NCBI RefSeq assembly: GCF_009914755.1
Contig: NC_060926.1
Reading direction: 5' to 3' (one strand)
DNA length: 64,000 nt
DNA from: the human T2T-CHM13v2.0 reference genome, Homo sapiens
A program made the position numbers and the translations under genes. The notes beneath the pieces were generated by a model. The model was not told where the DNA came from. It saw only the letters and a program-made list of their open reading frames with translations, and ran no database searches. Positions 1 through 13,988 of the stretch are shown piece after piece (position 1 is the stretch's first letter; the number at the start of each line of letters is the position of its first letter).

Positions 1-73
1 ACTTCTAAATTTACTTCACATAACTTGCAAATGTAACCGGTTTTCTTACTTGGACATTTTTCATTTTACCAAC

Positions 74-79
74 TTTATT
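74..79 (-). terminator. PUS10: Distal poly(A) signal AATAAA
   Basis: TTTATT on the + strand, about 2.15 kb downstream of the stop codon. Confidence 0.65.
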
Positions 80-1234
80 TTCTTTTGACTTTTCCAGGTA
101 TTCAGAGTTGATGTTTTTCCTAAAATAAACCACAGACTATATTTGGGACTATATAAGAGATACTAAGAAGTACAAAGGGCTCTTTCTCTTAAGTGTTATG
201 AAAAAGACTTTGAATTTAAATAAAGCTTACAAAGAAATCATAAAACTAATTTTAAAATGCTTTTATGTAGGCAAAAGGGAAACTATAGTACTCTCACTAC
301 TTAATATTTCCAGTTCTGCCTAAAACAAAGACATACATTAATTTTTAACAATCTTTGTCTCAAAATTCTAGGAACATTTGGAAGAAGTATTTAAAGCTAA
401 TGCTTACTCTTTGCGTGAAATTTTATATAATCTCAGGAATAGAAATTTAAGAAATAGAAGTCTTCTCATTTCAGTTTGCTAAGCACATTCTTCATTCTTA
501 CATATTACAGGTCCACTAGATTCAAAGGTAAGCCAAAAATACCATGCAAAAGACTGCCTCCTAAATTATTTAAATCTCTTTTGTAGCAAAATTTTCCCAG
601 AAACTGAGGAACATCCACACAGAAATTCTTACCTTTTTATCAAAAGTTTGTTATCCTTTTCTCATTTTCTGGGCCTTTCAATGCATTGGCATTGACAATA
701 GTGAAAAAATTATTTGCTGTTATTTGCATATCAAACACATGGTTTCAACGTGGTATGAAACTATGTTGGTTCCAACGTGGCTGACTCCTTTGTGTCCATT
801 AAAACCATTTTCCTCATATCTAAAGTGAATCTTGGTATCTGTGATTTATGTTTAATATAGAGATGGGAAATGGTTAGTAATCTAATACTAGTCAAGTCAC
901 ATGTATTCTTAAAAAAAGCTCAAATAGTTGAATTAGGGTGATGGAAATTATACTCAAATCTGAAATTGTAATGAGGCTCCTTTCTGAAACTTAAATGACC
1001 CATTCATTTTTTTTAGGTTTAGCTTAATGTTTTTCCTCTTCATAATACCAACTGAGGTTTAACTTAATAACAAATGGTAACTATATAAGATTGTATTAAA
1101 TAGTCTTGGGCTATTTTTTGGTAAGCTCTTTGATTTGGTAACTACATTCCAAAAGTTAATTATCAGTTACATGAGTTTAAATGGCATCCATAGCTGCCCC
1201 TTCACACAAACAGGTGCTCAGTAATAGGGCTTAT

Positions 1235-1390
1235 TAGAAAGACCCTAGAAACCAAGAAACTTCAGTTCTAGTCCTCAATATAGAAGTAGCTAACAATTTT
1301 GGATAAGTCATTTAACTTCTAGTCTTTGGTTTCCATATTTATAAAATGGAGACAATATCCTATCTACTTTAATAAGGTATTATTAAAATG
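1235..1390 (+). mobile_element. MIR fragment in the 3' UTR
   Basis: MIR core-like ttggataagtcatttaacttct...tttccatatttataaaatggagacaata. Confidence 0.55.
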
Positions 1391-1814
1391 TTTATAATTG
1401 GATAATATATTGAAGCATTCTGAAATAATACCAGTTCGTCTTTGTTTAGCAATCTCAATTTTTCAAATTCTTAACCCTGGGATTGAAGTTATTAAAGGCA
1501 CTTGTTTCTCCTTATTTAAAAGATTTATGAAAGGCTCCTACCATGGCATGCCTTGGCTCCTACGGTTTTACTTTCCCTCCACAGGAAACCTATATTGACA
1601 ATTTTAGATTGTCAAAATTCTTTCTTAATGAAAGTATTAATGAGAATTATTTCATTATTCATAGTTTGGTTAAGATTTATGACAAATCACAGCCAAAAGA
1701 ACTTCATTGGTAATAGCTTGTTTGAGGCTTCCTGGGGAAAATAATGATGTCAGATTTGCATTTGCAATCTTAGACTATTATAGGATATTATGCTGCATAA
1801 ATCTAGATATAACT

Positions 1815-1820
1815 TTTATT
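1815..1820 (-). terminator. PUS10: Candidate proximal poly(A) signal AATAAA
   Basis: TTTATT on the + strand, about 410 nt downstream of the stop codon. Confidence 0.4.
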
Positions 1821-2227
1821 CAGATAATTTACAAAAATTAGAACATGATTTTAAAGGTGGTATATCTCTTGTGGAGGGAAATCTTGCTGAAATTACAGCT
1901 TCTTAGGTTAACAGAGAATGTGTCCTGTTTGTGCACCTCTCTAAATGAAAGAATTAAGGAGAATTATTTCATTATCATAGTTTGGTTTGTGGGGGTGAAA
2001 GAGGGAATGAGAAAAATCCTAAGACATCCTTGGAACAATTTAACACAAAATATACACATATATAGATCCTGAGATGTTACAACAAATTAACAATTATATA
2101 GATCAACATGATCCAAATAGTTTTCAAGACACCGTTATGGTGGGTAAACAGCCATTTTACGGCATGTGCTCCATGGATGTCCACATCATGCCAGGAAAAC
2201 CATACTCTTTGTCTCCAAATTTGAAAG

Positions 2228-2266
2228 CTAGTCATCCAGAGCAGGTGGCCAGTCAACATCTACAGA
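2228..2266 (-). CDS. PUS10: PUS10 last coding exon (SVDVDWPPALDD*)
   Basis: AG acceptor at 2267-2268 after a pyrimidine tract; TAG stop at 2228-2230. Confidence 0.96.
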   Translation of the reverse strand, partial: SVDVDWPPALDD

Positions 2267-2555
2267 CTAGAAGGGAGAAAAGAAGTCATTAAAACAGATA
2301 TTACTGTTGTGGTAAGCATTTGCTGGTAATGCTGTATAAATTTAATAGTTTTAATATAGTGCAACAGAAGAAACTGCATTTGAAGAAAAGAGCTATTGAA
2401 TACCATAAATTAACCCTCAAGTCTGTTCTAGGTATTCTTGGGCCTGAGGTCTTCTGAATTAATTGAGTAGCAGTATTTGGCTACTCAGTTGGTTATTAAC
2501 TGTGCTTTTTGACTGATAAGAGAATACATTTAAATTTTTTAAATGGTATTTATGG

Positions 2556-2889
<334 letters not shown>

Positions 2890-3595
2890 GTATTTATGGG
2901 TAAAAGTAGCAAACAAATTCAAGTGACCACCAATTTTCCCTCAGAAGTCTCAGAAACTTTTATTCTTCTGATCATTTTTATTCTCTCATCTTGCATTTAA
3001 CAAATATTCAAGTAGTCTATAAGCCTATAGTCTTGTTGTAACACAGCAACAAAATGTGAAATAAATGATTATGAAAGATGACCTGGAACCAGAAAAGGAT
3101 TAAGGATCTTTGTGCTTCAGTTCTGTAGAATTTCTGTTTCTTTAAAATCCAGTTCATCTATCTCTACTTACCTTTATTTTGTTCTTCTAGGACAAAACCT
3201 TGATCTTTGAGTCAGAATGAAATTACAGTAAACAGACTATTTGTCTCCACATAAACACATACCAGGTCTATCAAAGGCTAGGGGATCTACTTTAAGAGAA
3301 AGTTAAAAAAAAAAAAACCCCACCGTATCTATCTGTGGCTTTTATTGACATTTAAAGTTTAAAACATAAAATTATTTACTGAAAATTTTTTCATTAATCC
3401 ATGAGTCACTTCACGTACTGGCTTCAAAAAAAATTTATTAGAAAAGCCTAAATAGCTATGTGTGTGTGTGTCTTTTACAAATCTCAAGAAGATATTTTTG
3501 TTCTGTTTCAGAATATAGCCATATACCAAACACCCAAATGTAAATTAATGAGTGTTTTCTCAAGCTGAAAATAAAACATGACTGATCACAATCTT

Positions 3596-3622
3596 GTGTG
3601 TGTGTGTATGTGTGTGTGTGTG
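3596..3622. repeat. (TG)n microsatellite
   Basis: Visible repeat. Confidence 0.9.
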
Positions 3623-3760
3623 TGGAGGGGAGGCAAGTTGTAGTGCTTAAAAAGCTCCACAAGTGATTCCAGTGGGCAGTCAGTGTTGAGAAACACTGGC
3701 CTGTGAGTCTTTGACACTCCTAACTGTTCTGAGAATTAAGGTAAAAAAAGATTAATGCAA

Positions 3761-3970
3761 GCCTGGGCAACACGGTGAGACCCCATCTCAACAACAACAA
3801 CAACAAAAAAACGCCAGGCATAGTGGCTCATGCCTGTGGTCCCAGCTACTCGGGAGACTGAGGCAGGGGATCGCTTGAGCCCGAGAGGTCAGGGTTGCAG
3901 TGACCCGTGATCGCACCACTGCACTCCAGCCTGGGTGACAGTGCAAGACCCTGTCTCAAAAAAAAAAAAA
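3761..3970 (+). mobile_element. 5'-truncated Alu (J-like)
   Basis: End of left arm plus right arm and A tail. Confidence 0.9.
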
Positions 3971-4838
3971 GATGATGAGTAGAGATTTTCTTTAACAGAA
4001 GGTTTTCTTCCTCCAAATGATAGTTTCACTGAAGAGGCTCCCTGCAACCTTGAGGGCACGATCACTGGCTGTACTGCAGGAGCTAATCTAATCCCAGAGC
4101 ACTTGAGAGAATTGCTGGTAAGGAAGTAATACTCCAGTGATCATTTGATTACCATAGATGTTTTCACATTGGGCAACTATGCCCACTTCTTTCTATAACT
4201 TTGATATTATTCCCAAGTACAAATCCCCAAGTCCTAAGATTCTGGGGAGAGGAGCGGGGGAGGTACTCTATTCCTAGTCAGATTTTCATGAAGAAACACC
4301 ACTCGTGACTCAACACCTATTGATACTCAAATGAAATATTTATGGAGACTTGCCCGACAGAACCATTCTTACAATTACTTTAGAATTTAACCTTGTTTCA
4401 ATTCAGACTGTAAGAGCAGAGAACTTGGACCACATCACAGGGGTCCTTATAGAACTGCTTTTATGAAGAACCATTGGCTCACCTCACTTTCTACCCTTGT
4501 GAATCCATGTTTCTGAATATGCTGCTTTAAAGTCTTTATAAAACGCAACAGGTATGGAAATGACTATTTCCTTGCTTGGTTTAAGGGTTTAGATTTGATA
4601 CTACATGTAAAGCACAGTTAATAAATTAGCTATATATTTTCAAGGAACATAAATGAGACCTCATATTAAAAAAAAAAATCCGAAGACAGTCCCTCCCTTC
4701 AATACAATGTTACTGTGAGATTTTCACCATTCTCAAATACCTATGGAGGTGGGTGATACTAAAATGGCTTAATGCCAAAGAGCATAACTTTGGTTGAATT
4801 CAATTTGCCAATGTGCATTCCACAACAAAATGGTTTAC

Positions 4839-4938
4839 CTCAACATCCAGCTCCAGAATGTCTGCAGTCACATTCATCAGGGACCCAATGTTTGGCTTGG
4901 TTCTCCCGAAGTCTCCATGTACAAACTCTTTAATGTAG
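4839..4938 (-). CDS. PUS10: PUS10 exon (YIKEFVHGDFGRTKPNIGSLMNVTADILELDVE)
   Basis: 100 nt; AG at 4939-4940, GT at 4837-4838; frame continuous with neighbouring exons. Confidence 0.96.
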
Positions 4939-6645
4939 CTGGGGTTTGTTTAAGGAAAAAATGAAGACAGCATGCTGTACCAACTATTTGGTAAGATTTG
5001 ACAGGCAAAAATAATAATAAGAGCAGAAATGTTACAAAAGAAAGGTTACTTCTGAGCTCTGACTTGTGTGTCTTAAAAAATAAGCTTTGGCAATGTGGTC
5101 CCTAGTAGCCTGGCAGCCAACATCAGAGCCTGGGAAATGTGTTTACATCAAACTTACCAAAAATCATTACTTTCTTTTTTCTTTATAGCTCATCTCCAAG
5201 TGCCAAGGTTTGGATGTGGATTTTAAAAATTAACCATAGCTCAATGCTTTTATTAAAAAACAACTTTGCCACAATTTCTATGTTATTATCTTGTTAGTCC
5301 CATTTTTTTAATAATGGCAACTGTCACCTGCCAGATGGTAGGTTTCCACAGAGCCACACAGAGAGTGATCTCAATGATGGCATTCCTTGTAACATGACCC
5401 AGAGGCAATAGGGTGGAAGGAATAATGAGACTATTAGTTTAGTCTTAATGATGGCTCTTCGGAAGGATTACCAAAGACCTACCGTCTAGTTTGCTAACAT
5501 GGTTAGCAAAAGAACTAAGTTAATTCTCTCTCTCTTTCTTAAAGGGGCAACTTTGTATTTCTCTCAAAATTGTATTTCAAATTTTGAAATCAATAACTAA
5601 TTCTAGAATTTGTTTTTAAGATTAACATTCCTTACATAGGACTGTACTGCAGCTTTGACAATATTTATCTAAAAGATTTGTTTTTGCCAGAATTTGGTAA
5701 AAATGCAGCATTATGTTTTGTTCTACAAACCAGCATTTAGTAGAAAATAATTAATGGAACTTGAATAGAGAAATAAATTTGTTTCCAGATGATGAAAAAT
5801 CTATATTATAATATGCTGATATTATGTCCTCACTTTCTGAACGTTTTACTCACTCTACCTTTGCCAAATGTTTTGACTAAAGCATAAGACATATAATTAT
5901 CTAGTAACTGTGTTTTTTGGTAAACTCACAACTACCCAACAATTATTATCCATTTTCTCTCATTTTCTTTAAAGAATCCCCTTCTGCGTAGCAATGATGA
6001 GGAGAGAAAACCAAATAGCCCCAGAATAACCAGTTAAAATGTCCAGAGAGGTTCTTATTCCTAACCAGAGGGACAAAGTTTAAGTCAAATGAGCTAGCTC
6101 AGTGCAGTGATCAATGTAAATATATAAGGTATATATAAAGTAAATTTAGTAAGTGAAAAATTAATATACTTCTGTGTATAACCATGTGGCATCTAAAGCT
6201 TTAACACATAGTCTTTCTTGGCTAATACCTTAAGTACATGTACATGGCTTGTCCTAAAAATGTTTTAATAGGATTGAAAAGACATCAAATTCTACAAAAG
6301 ACATTTCTCCTTGGCCCACCAGAACTAAAGGCCAGGATTAGGTAAGAAGACTTTTAAAAATATATACATGATTTGAAATTCCATCCATGATAGGCAAATA
6401 TGCTCCAAACAACAAAGATACAAAGATCTGTCCACTGGAGTCTAAATTGATCATCCTTTGATCCAAATTACAAAATTTAGAAGATTTTAAGAGTAGATAA
6501 CCTATACTTGGCTTAGCTGAGTAAATCCAGGTCCTGGGGTGGGGCAGGGGAAGAAGTGAATGCAGGCTGGTGGGGAAGGACAGGCAGACTAGTTACAGCA
6601 ATATAGTAAGAATGGTATTTGGTGATTAAAACTTGCTTTTTTCCC

Positions 6646-6710
6646 ATATATATATATCTAGTGTGTGTGTGTAATATATATATATATAGACACACACACA
6701 CACACATACA
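6646..6710. repeat. Compound (TA)n/(GT)n/(CA)n microsatellite
   Basis: Visible repeat. Confidence 0.9.
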
Positions 6711-7379
6711 ATAGTACATTAGTTCTATACCAGTTAGAAGGTATTTTGTCACTTCATGCTATTGGATCACAGAATAATATAAAACCAAGAAACAAACAAA
6801 AACTAGGAAGACCTTCAAAAAGTAAACTAAAGCTAAGCCTATTGGAGCTCCCTGATATATTTTAATCAGCGACTCAGTTCTGATACAAAAATCATACAAG
6901 TCAGGTTAGATTACGAACAAATTATCAGCCTTGGACTATAGATATTTTAACTCTGAATCTCAACCTTTCTGTAACACAGTCAAAGCTCTTTGCAGTCTGA
7001 AAATGGTGCTAACTAACTAATGATATGTCATCTGAATCGTTTTGTTTTTGTTTTTTTTTCACAAGGCACGTAGACAAAGATATTCTCTGTTGTACTAGGC
7101 CAGTGGCCAAGTAAAGATCCTGATGTAAAGTAGTGCTATTCCCATCTACTACCTGTGTTTAATCATCTGAGGCAAATACTTGAAATGTTGAAAAGACCCA
7201 AATATGGTCATAAATACGTGACTTGCAAAAAATGTCAAGACAGCAAATGAATCCATCTTTCTGAGTACTATGTGCTCAGCATTGTGTAAGACACTACAAT
7301 TATAGGAAACATAACTTTAAAGCTGACATTGAACTGACTGCTACCTCAGGGTTTAGAATCATTTTGAAAAACAAATTTA

Positions 7380-7755
<376 letters not shown>

Positions 7756-7874
7756 TCAGTATAATCCTTTCCCGAATCCCTCCCAGACCAAGCTGACCCT
7801 GTTTTCTAGGGGACCATGAACTTTTCCAATAGAGTTCTGGTTCGATGGCGGCAGTGCAGCAGGTGGAAGGATAC

Positions 7875-8017
7875 GTGCCAGCCTGAGTTTTCAAGTGGAG
7901 GCGGAAGTGGTGCTCATCCACGTACTGTGTCTCCATGAAGTGAATGACGCGAGCTCGCACAGCCAGGGGCCTTCGGTGAAGGACGCGCAAAGGTGTTTTC
8001 TGGTCGATCTTTAAGTC
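7875..8017 (-). CDS. PUS10: PUS10 exon ([16 protein letters not shown]...HLKTQAGT)
   Basis: 143 nt; AG at 8018-8019; overlaps ORF 7496..7990. Confidence 0.96.
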
Positions 8018-8203
8018 CTAGGGGAGAATATGACACACAGTCCCAGAGTCAGAGCTTTGCCACCCAGTGAATCCTGTCTTAGCCCTTCCCTCACCATCCA
8101 TAGCTCACCACAGATGCTTCCTTGAGAGAACTAAAATGAATTGTGTCCCCTTAGGTTCAAACTCTGTGGGACTTCTCATAACCCAGTCTATCATTACTCA
8201 TTT

Positions 8204-8358
8204 CACACCGCCATGCCCGGCTGATTTTTGTATTTTTTTGATAGAGATGCGGTTTCACCATATCTGCCAGGCTAATCTCCAACTCCTGACCTCAGGTGAT
8301 CTGCCCTCCTCAGCCTCCAAAGTGCTGGGATTACAGGTGTGCTCCACTGCGCCCCGTC
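8204..8358 (-). mobile_element. Alu left-arm fragment lacking a tail
   Basis: Antisense left arm and linker only. Confidence 0.85.
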
Positions 8359-9597
8359 GAGTTTGCGTGTTTTAGGGAGAACCACATACCTACTGTCAGG
8401 GGTGGGTTGTTTTGGTTTTTTTTTGGTGAAGGAAAAGGGTTATACAAAAGGATATGTCTGGAAAAGTTATGAATACATCTTGTTTAGGGTGACATTTCAA
8501 TATAATAATTACAAATCGATGTGCATAATAAACCGGGACCTTTCAATGTTTGTTAGCCCAGCTTGCAACTAATAATACCGCATGTCTTTTTACATTTCAG
8601 ATTTTTTAGGGACACAGGCTTGTTTTTCTCACAATTCGTTAGAGATTTTCTTTTATGTCACAAGATAAAAATTAAGAAATAGAGGTTAACGCTGTAAAAG
8701 GTCAACTAATTCCAAGTTTTAAAAATTGGGCGTAATCAGAAATTCAGATTCATAAGAACTGAATCCTCTGCATTTTCTTGTCGGAACAACTCTTCCTAAT
8801 TTCCATGGTTCTTGAGTGCCGGAAGGCCTGCTAAGAAAGAAAGGTTTCTGTCTGGTCTCTCCTCTATCAAGTTCTCCACCAAGAAGAAAAGAGCAAGTTC
8901 TGACAAAGACCGCATTTGAAAGGGTGTGACTGCTTTTACCAAAGTGGTGAGTCAATGGCTCCTCCTAACTCTGTGGTTTTTATGATTCTTTGATTTTATT
9001 ATAGAAACACTTTGTCCTGATGAGATAAGCTGTCTCCATAAGATCTGATTTTTCTCTGGTCAAAGAGACAAAAAAAAAATACATAAATAAAGGATAAGGC
9101 TGAACTGTGAAGAAATCTATAAAGACATGGCTTCCACTTTAGAGAAACAGCAGGCCTTTAAATTAACAACTATCTATGGAGTCCTCTCCCCTGCTTCCTT
9201 TACCTTTAGAGTTATTCCCAGTACTTTGACCATGAGACAGTTGGTCAATGGAAATACCACGAGCCACATGTCTTTTTTGGTTTGTTTGTTTTTAGTTGAC
9301 AAAAGGAAACCACTTCATTTATTCTAACATTGCACTCCGCTGCTCCCATACTGCTGAGCTTTCAGAAGCACACAAACACACACATACGCTTGTTTTTGTT
9401 TTTTTTTTTAGAAATAAGATGCTCCTGAAGAGGGGATAAGTAGTAAATTTGAAATGACTTTTTCTCAGAATGGGGAATTTAGTCAGTTTTTATAATTTTT
9501 ATGCCAACTGGAAAACTAAAAACATTATTTGAAATCAACTAGTTGCATCAGTCTACTTAGGCTATGGACCATTAAAAAAGACCCTTTCACCACTTAG

Positions 9598-9762
<165 letters not shown>

Positions 9763-10228
9763 TGAATTATCTCTATGGCTACCCTCAAACTATGAACCTA
9801 TTTTTTTAATGAGTTTATTTTTCCCATGGCATTCTCAATGACTTGTACGACCCATGTGAAAGGCATAAAGAAATTTAAAAATTCATTTTGCAATCTTAAA
9901 GATATCTGTCTATATTATAACTACCATCCAAAGAACCTTACATAGTATGGCCAAAAGCCAAAGGGTCTTAGCTATAGAATCACAGATCTAAGAACTGGAG
10001 AGGCCATTGGAGATGATCTAGTCCATCTCCTCATTTTATAAATGACTTTCTTTAAGCAGGTGAATGATTTGTGTGTTTTTACCAAAATATTCACACTATA
10101 AACATTATTCTGCACTTTGCTTTTTTTCTCATGTCATAAGTGCTCCTATGAGTCATAGATATAGACATACGTCTATCTTTTTTCCCAGCATTTTTAGGCA
10201 CATATGTACATACTAACATGTAAATTAA

Positions 10229-10550
<322 letters not shown>

Positions 10551-11075
10551 TGATTTTGTTTTTTTTAATAGCTGTATAATATCCCAGTTTACTCTACCAT
10601 TTCCTTATTGAGGGACGCTGATTTTGTTCCCAGTCTTTTTGTTGTTGATTTTGCCACTTAAAGCCCTTAAACACCATGTACATATTCTTATGCACTGGAG
10701 TTTTATTTCTACAGGACAGTTCAGTATATTTTAAATTTTTGCAGTCATTACCATGTTGTTTTTGAAAAAGGCTGAAATACTACATTTCTACTGAGAACTC
10801 TCCTCCACTCCAACCCACTGATAGGTATTATTAGTCTAAGGGGAATAAAGTGATGTCTTAGTGTTACGTCAACCTTTTCAAATGATTCTTGGCCACTGTT
10901 CTTTTTGCAGCTAACTGGTTCATATCCTTTGTCTATTTTTATTTGTTCTGTGTTCATATTTTTCATGATAAGTATAAATCCTATTTATCGTATCTTTTGC
11001 CATACAATTTGTTTTCTACACAATCCTCTATATGTGTATACATATACATATATATGCGTTTGTGTGTGCTTAAAT

Positions 11076-11598
11076 CAGCAGTCCCCAACCTTTTTGGCAC
11101 CAGGGACCAGTTTCTGGGAAGACAATTTTTCCATGAACTGAGGAAGGAGGGGATGGTTTTGGGATGATTCAAGCTCATTACATTTATTGTGCACTTTATT
11201 TCTATCATTATTACACTGTAATATATAATGAAATAATTTTACAGCTCACCATAATGTAGATTCAGTGGGAGCCCTGAGCTTGTTTTCCTGCAACTAGAGG
11301 GTCCAATCTGGGGATGATGAGGGACCCAGTGACGGATCATCAGGCATTAGATTTTCATAAGGAGCATGCAACCTAGATCCCTCGCACGTGTCATTTCCAC
11401 GAGGGTTCGTGCTTTTATAAGAATCTAATGCCACCACTGAGGGAACAGAAGACAGAGCTCAGGTGGTAATGTGAGTGATAGGGAGCAGCTGTAAATATAG
11501 ATGAAGCTTTGCTGTCTCATCTGCTGCTCATTTTCTGCTATGTGGCTAGATTCCTAACAGGTCACCAGCTGGTACCACCAGGGGGTTGGGAACCACTG
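11076..11598. mobile_element. MER1A-like hAT/Charlie DNA transposon
   Basis: TIRs cagcagtccccaacc / ggttgggaaccactg; perfect 8-bp TSD gcttaaat (11068-11075, 11599-11606). Confidence 0.9.
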
Positions 11599-11828
11599 GC
11601 TTAAATTAAAACATATCATCCTCTATAGAGTCTATACTTTTATTTTTTTCCTTAGCACTTACCAGAAACCTTTTCCTGTGTCAATAAATATTTATCTACC
11701 ACATAATTTTCAATGGCTGAATAGTAGTGGTCCATTATACAGATAAGCCATTAATATTAAACCAGTTCCTTCTAGTAGGTCATCTAGGTTGTTGCAAAAT
11801 ATTGCCTATTTAAACAATGTGGTAACTA

Positions 11829-12258
<430 letters not shown>

Positions 12259-12339
12259 CTACCATGACATGCTCAGGTATAGGAAAATGTCACATGTGGC
12301 AAAATGCATGTGCTTTACATATATTGTCATGTGTTTTAT

Positions 12340-12735
12340 TCATGTATTTAATCTCAGCATCAGTTCTATTAGATAAGTGCTATTTTATATTTATTTTTGA
12401 CAAATGACCAAAGATAATAATAGCATTGCCAAGTGTTTCCTATGTGCCAGGTACTGTTCTAAGTGCTTTATCTAATTAAACTCATTTAATTATTTTAACT
12501 AATTTTATAGATGAAGAAATTGAAGCAGAAAGAGGTTAAGTAACTTGTCCAAAGTCACACAGCTCAGAAATGCAGATCCAGCATTTGCACCCAGGCAAAC
12601 TGTCTTCAGAGTGGGGGTCTTCCCCACTGGCCACGCTGCCGCTCCAGGGGGTTAGATGAACTGCCCAGTCCTTCAGCTAGTCAGTGGCAGAACCAGGCTT
12701 GGAACCCAGGTCTTGCTGACCCCAAAGCCCATGCC
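12340..12735 (-). mobile_element. MIR elements (probably nested)
   Basis: attttatagatgaagaaattgaagcagaaagaggttaagtaacttgtccaaagtcacacagct. Confidence 0.75.
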
Positions 12736-12826
12736 CTGTGACTTGCTAGTAATAAATTAGAAGACAATGGGATCTTTGATAGGCAACAGAAAAATGAAAT
12801 AAAAAGAATAAGCACACTTAAACTAC

Positions 12827-12944
12827 CTTTATGTCATTTAGGAATTCAATGTCTTTCTTCTGTATCGCTTTATTTGTCCAAATTAAGGCACTGTAGGTCT
12901 TTGTCTTTTCTTCTTCACCTTCTTTCATATGTCCTATTGCCTCT
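12827..12944 (-). CDS. PUS10: PUS10 exon (EAIGHMKEGEEEKTKTYSALIW...NDIK)
   Basis: 118 nt; AG at 12945-12946, GT at 12825-12826. Confidence 0.95.
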
Positions 12945-13019
12945 CTAAACAAAAACAATTTTTAGAAGTTTGTCCAAATAAACAAAATACAAAAAAACCT
13001 TGCCCTGAATTAGCCTTTC

Positions 13020-13720
13020 TTTAAAAACAGTTTACATATAATTTCCCAGTTTTAACTGTACAATTCAATGATTTTTAGTATGTTTTCAGAGTTGTGCAGC
13101 TATTACCACAATCTAGTTTTAGAATACTTCCATCACCCTGAAAAAGAAACTTTGTACCCATTAGTGTCACTTCTCATTATTATTCTCCCCCAGCCCTAGA
13201 CAACCATTAACTGACTTTGTATCTCTATAGATTTACCTATTCTGAACATTTCACATAATGAAATCATACAGTACGTGGTGCTTGGTGACTGGCTCCTTTC
13301 ATTTCATAATGTTTTCAAGGCTCACCCAGCTTGCAGCATGTGTCAGGACTTCATTCCTTTTCATTACCAAATAATATTCCATTGTATGGATATATCACAT
13401 TTTGTTTATTCATAGACACTTGGGTAGTTTTCCACTTCTTTGCTATTGTGAATAATGCTATTATAAATATTCATGTACAAGTCTTTGTGTGGATGTTTGT
13501 TTTCATTTCTCTTGTATATATAATATCTAGAAGTGGTTAAGATTTGCATTTCCCCAATGACTAATTATGTTGAGCATTTTTTCATATGTTAATTGGCTAT
13601 TCCTATATCCTCCTTGGAGAAATGTCTACTTAATCATTTCCCCATTTGTAGTTGTGTTGTTAAGAGTTCTTTATATATTCTGGATGCAATTCCCTTATCA
13701 AGATATGTGACCTGCAACTA
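13020..13720 (-). mobile_element. Old L1 (L1M) 3' fragment
   Basis: Antisense L1 3'-end text (aataatattccattgtatggatat, tgcatttccccaatgactaatt). Confidence 0.8.
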
Positions 13721-13762
13721 AAACGTCCCTTTTGAAATCATCTCCAATGAGCCTACTCTTAC

Positions 13763-13818
13763 CTTGTGACAAGCTGCAAGTCACGTACTTGGATTTTGTT
13801 AGATGAGTTATTAATTTT
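13763..13818 (-). CDS. PUS10: PUS10 exon (KINNSSNKIQVRDLQLVTR)
   Basis: 56 nt; AG at 13819-13820, GTAAG donor at 13762. Confidence 0.95.
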
Positions 13819-13911
13819 CTGTAGTAGCAGAAAAAGAAAAACAATTAGCAAGTCTAGCTCAGTTACAGAATTGCAGAAACATGACGATTTCCATGGCATG
13901 AAGTGGTTTAC

Positions 13912-13988
13912 CTGCTGAAGTTCCTTAATTTCTTGTGAAGTGAAATGTACTCTATGAGGATTCACCAGCTCAATTGCAAAGGGCCTTC
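13912..13988 (-). CDS. PUS10: PUS10 exon (GRPFAIELVNPHRVHFTSQEIKELQQ)
   Basis: 77 nt; AG at 13989-13990, GT at 13910-13911. Confidence 0.95.
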
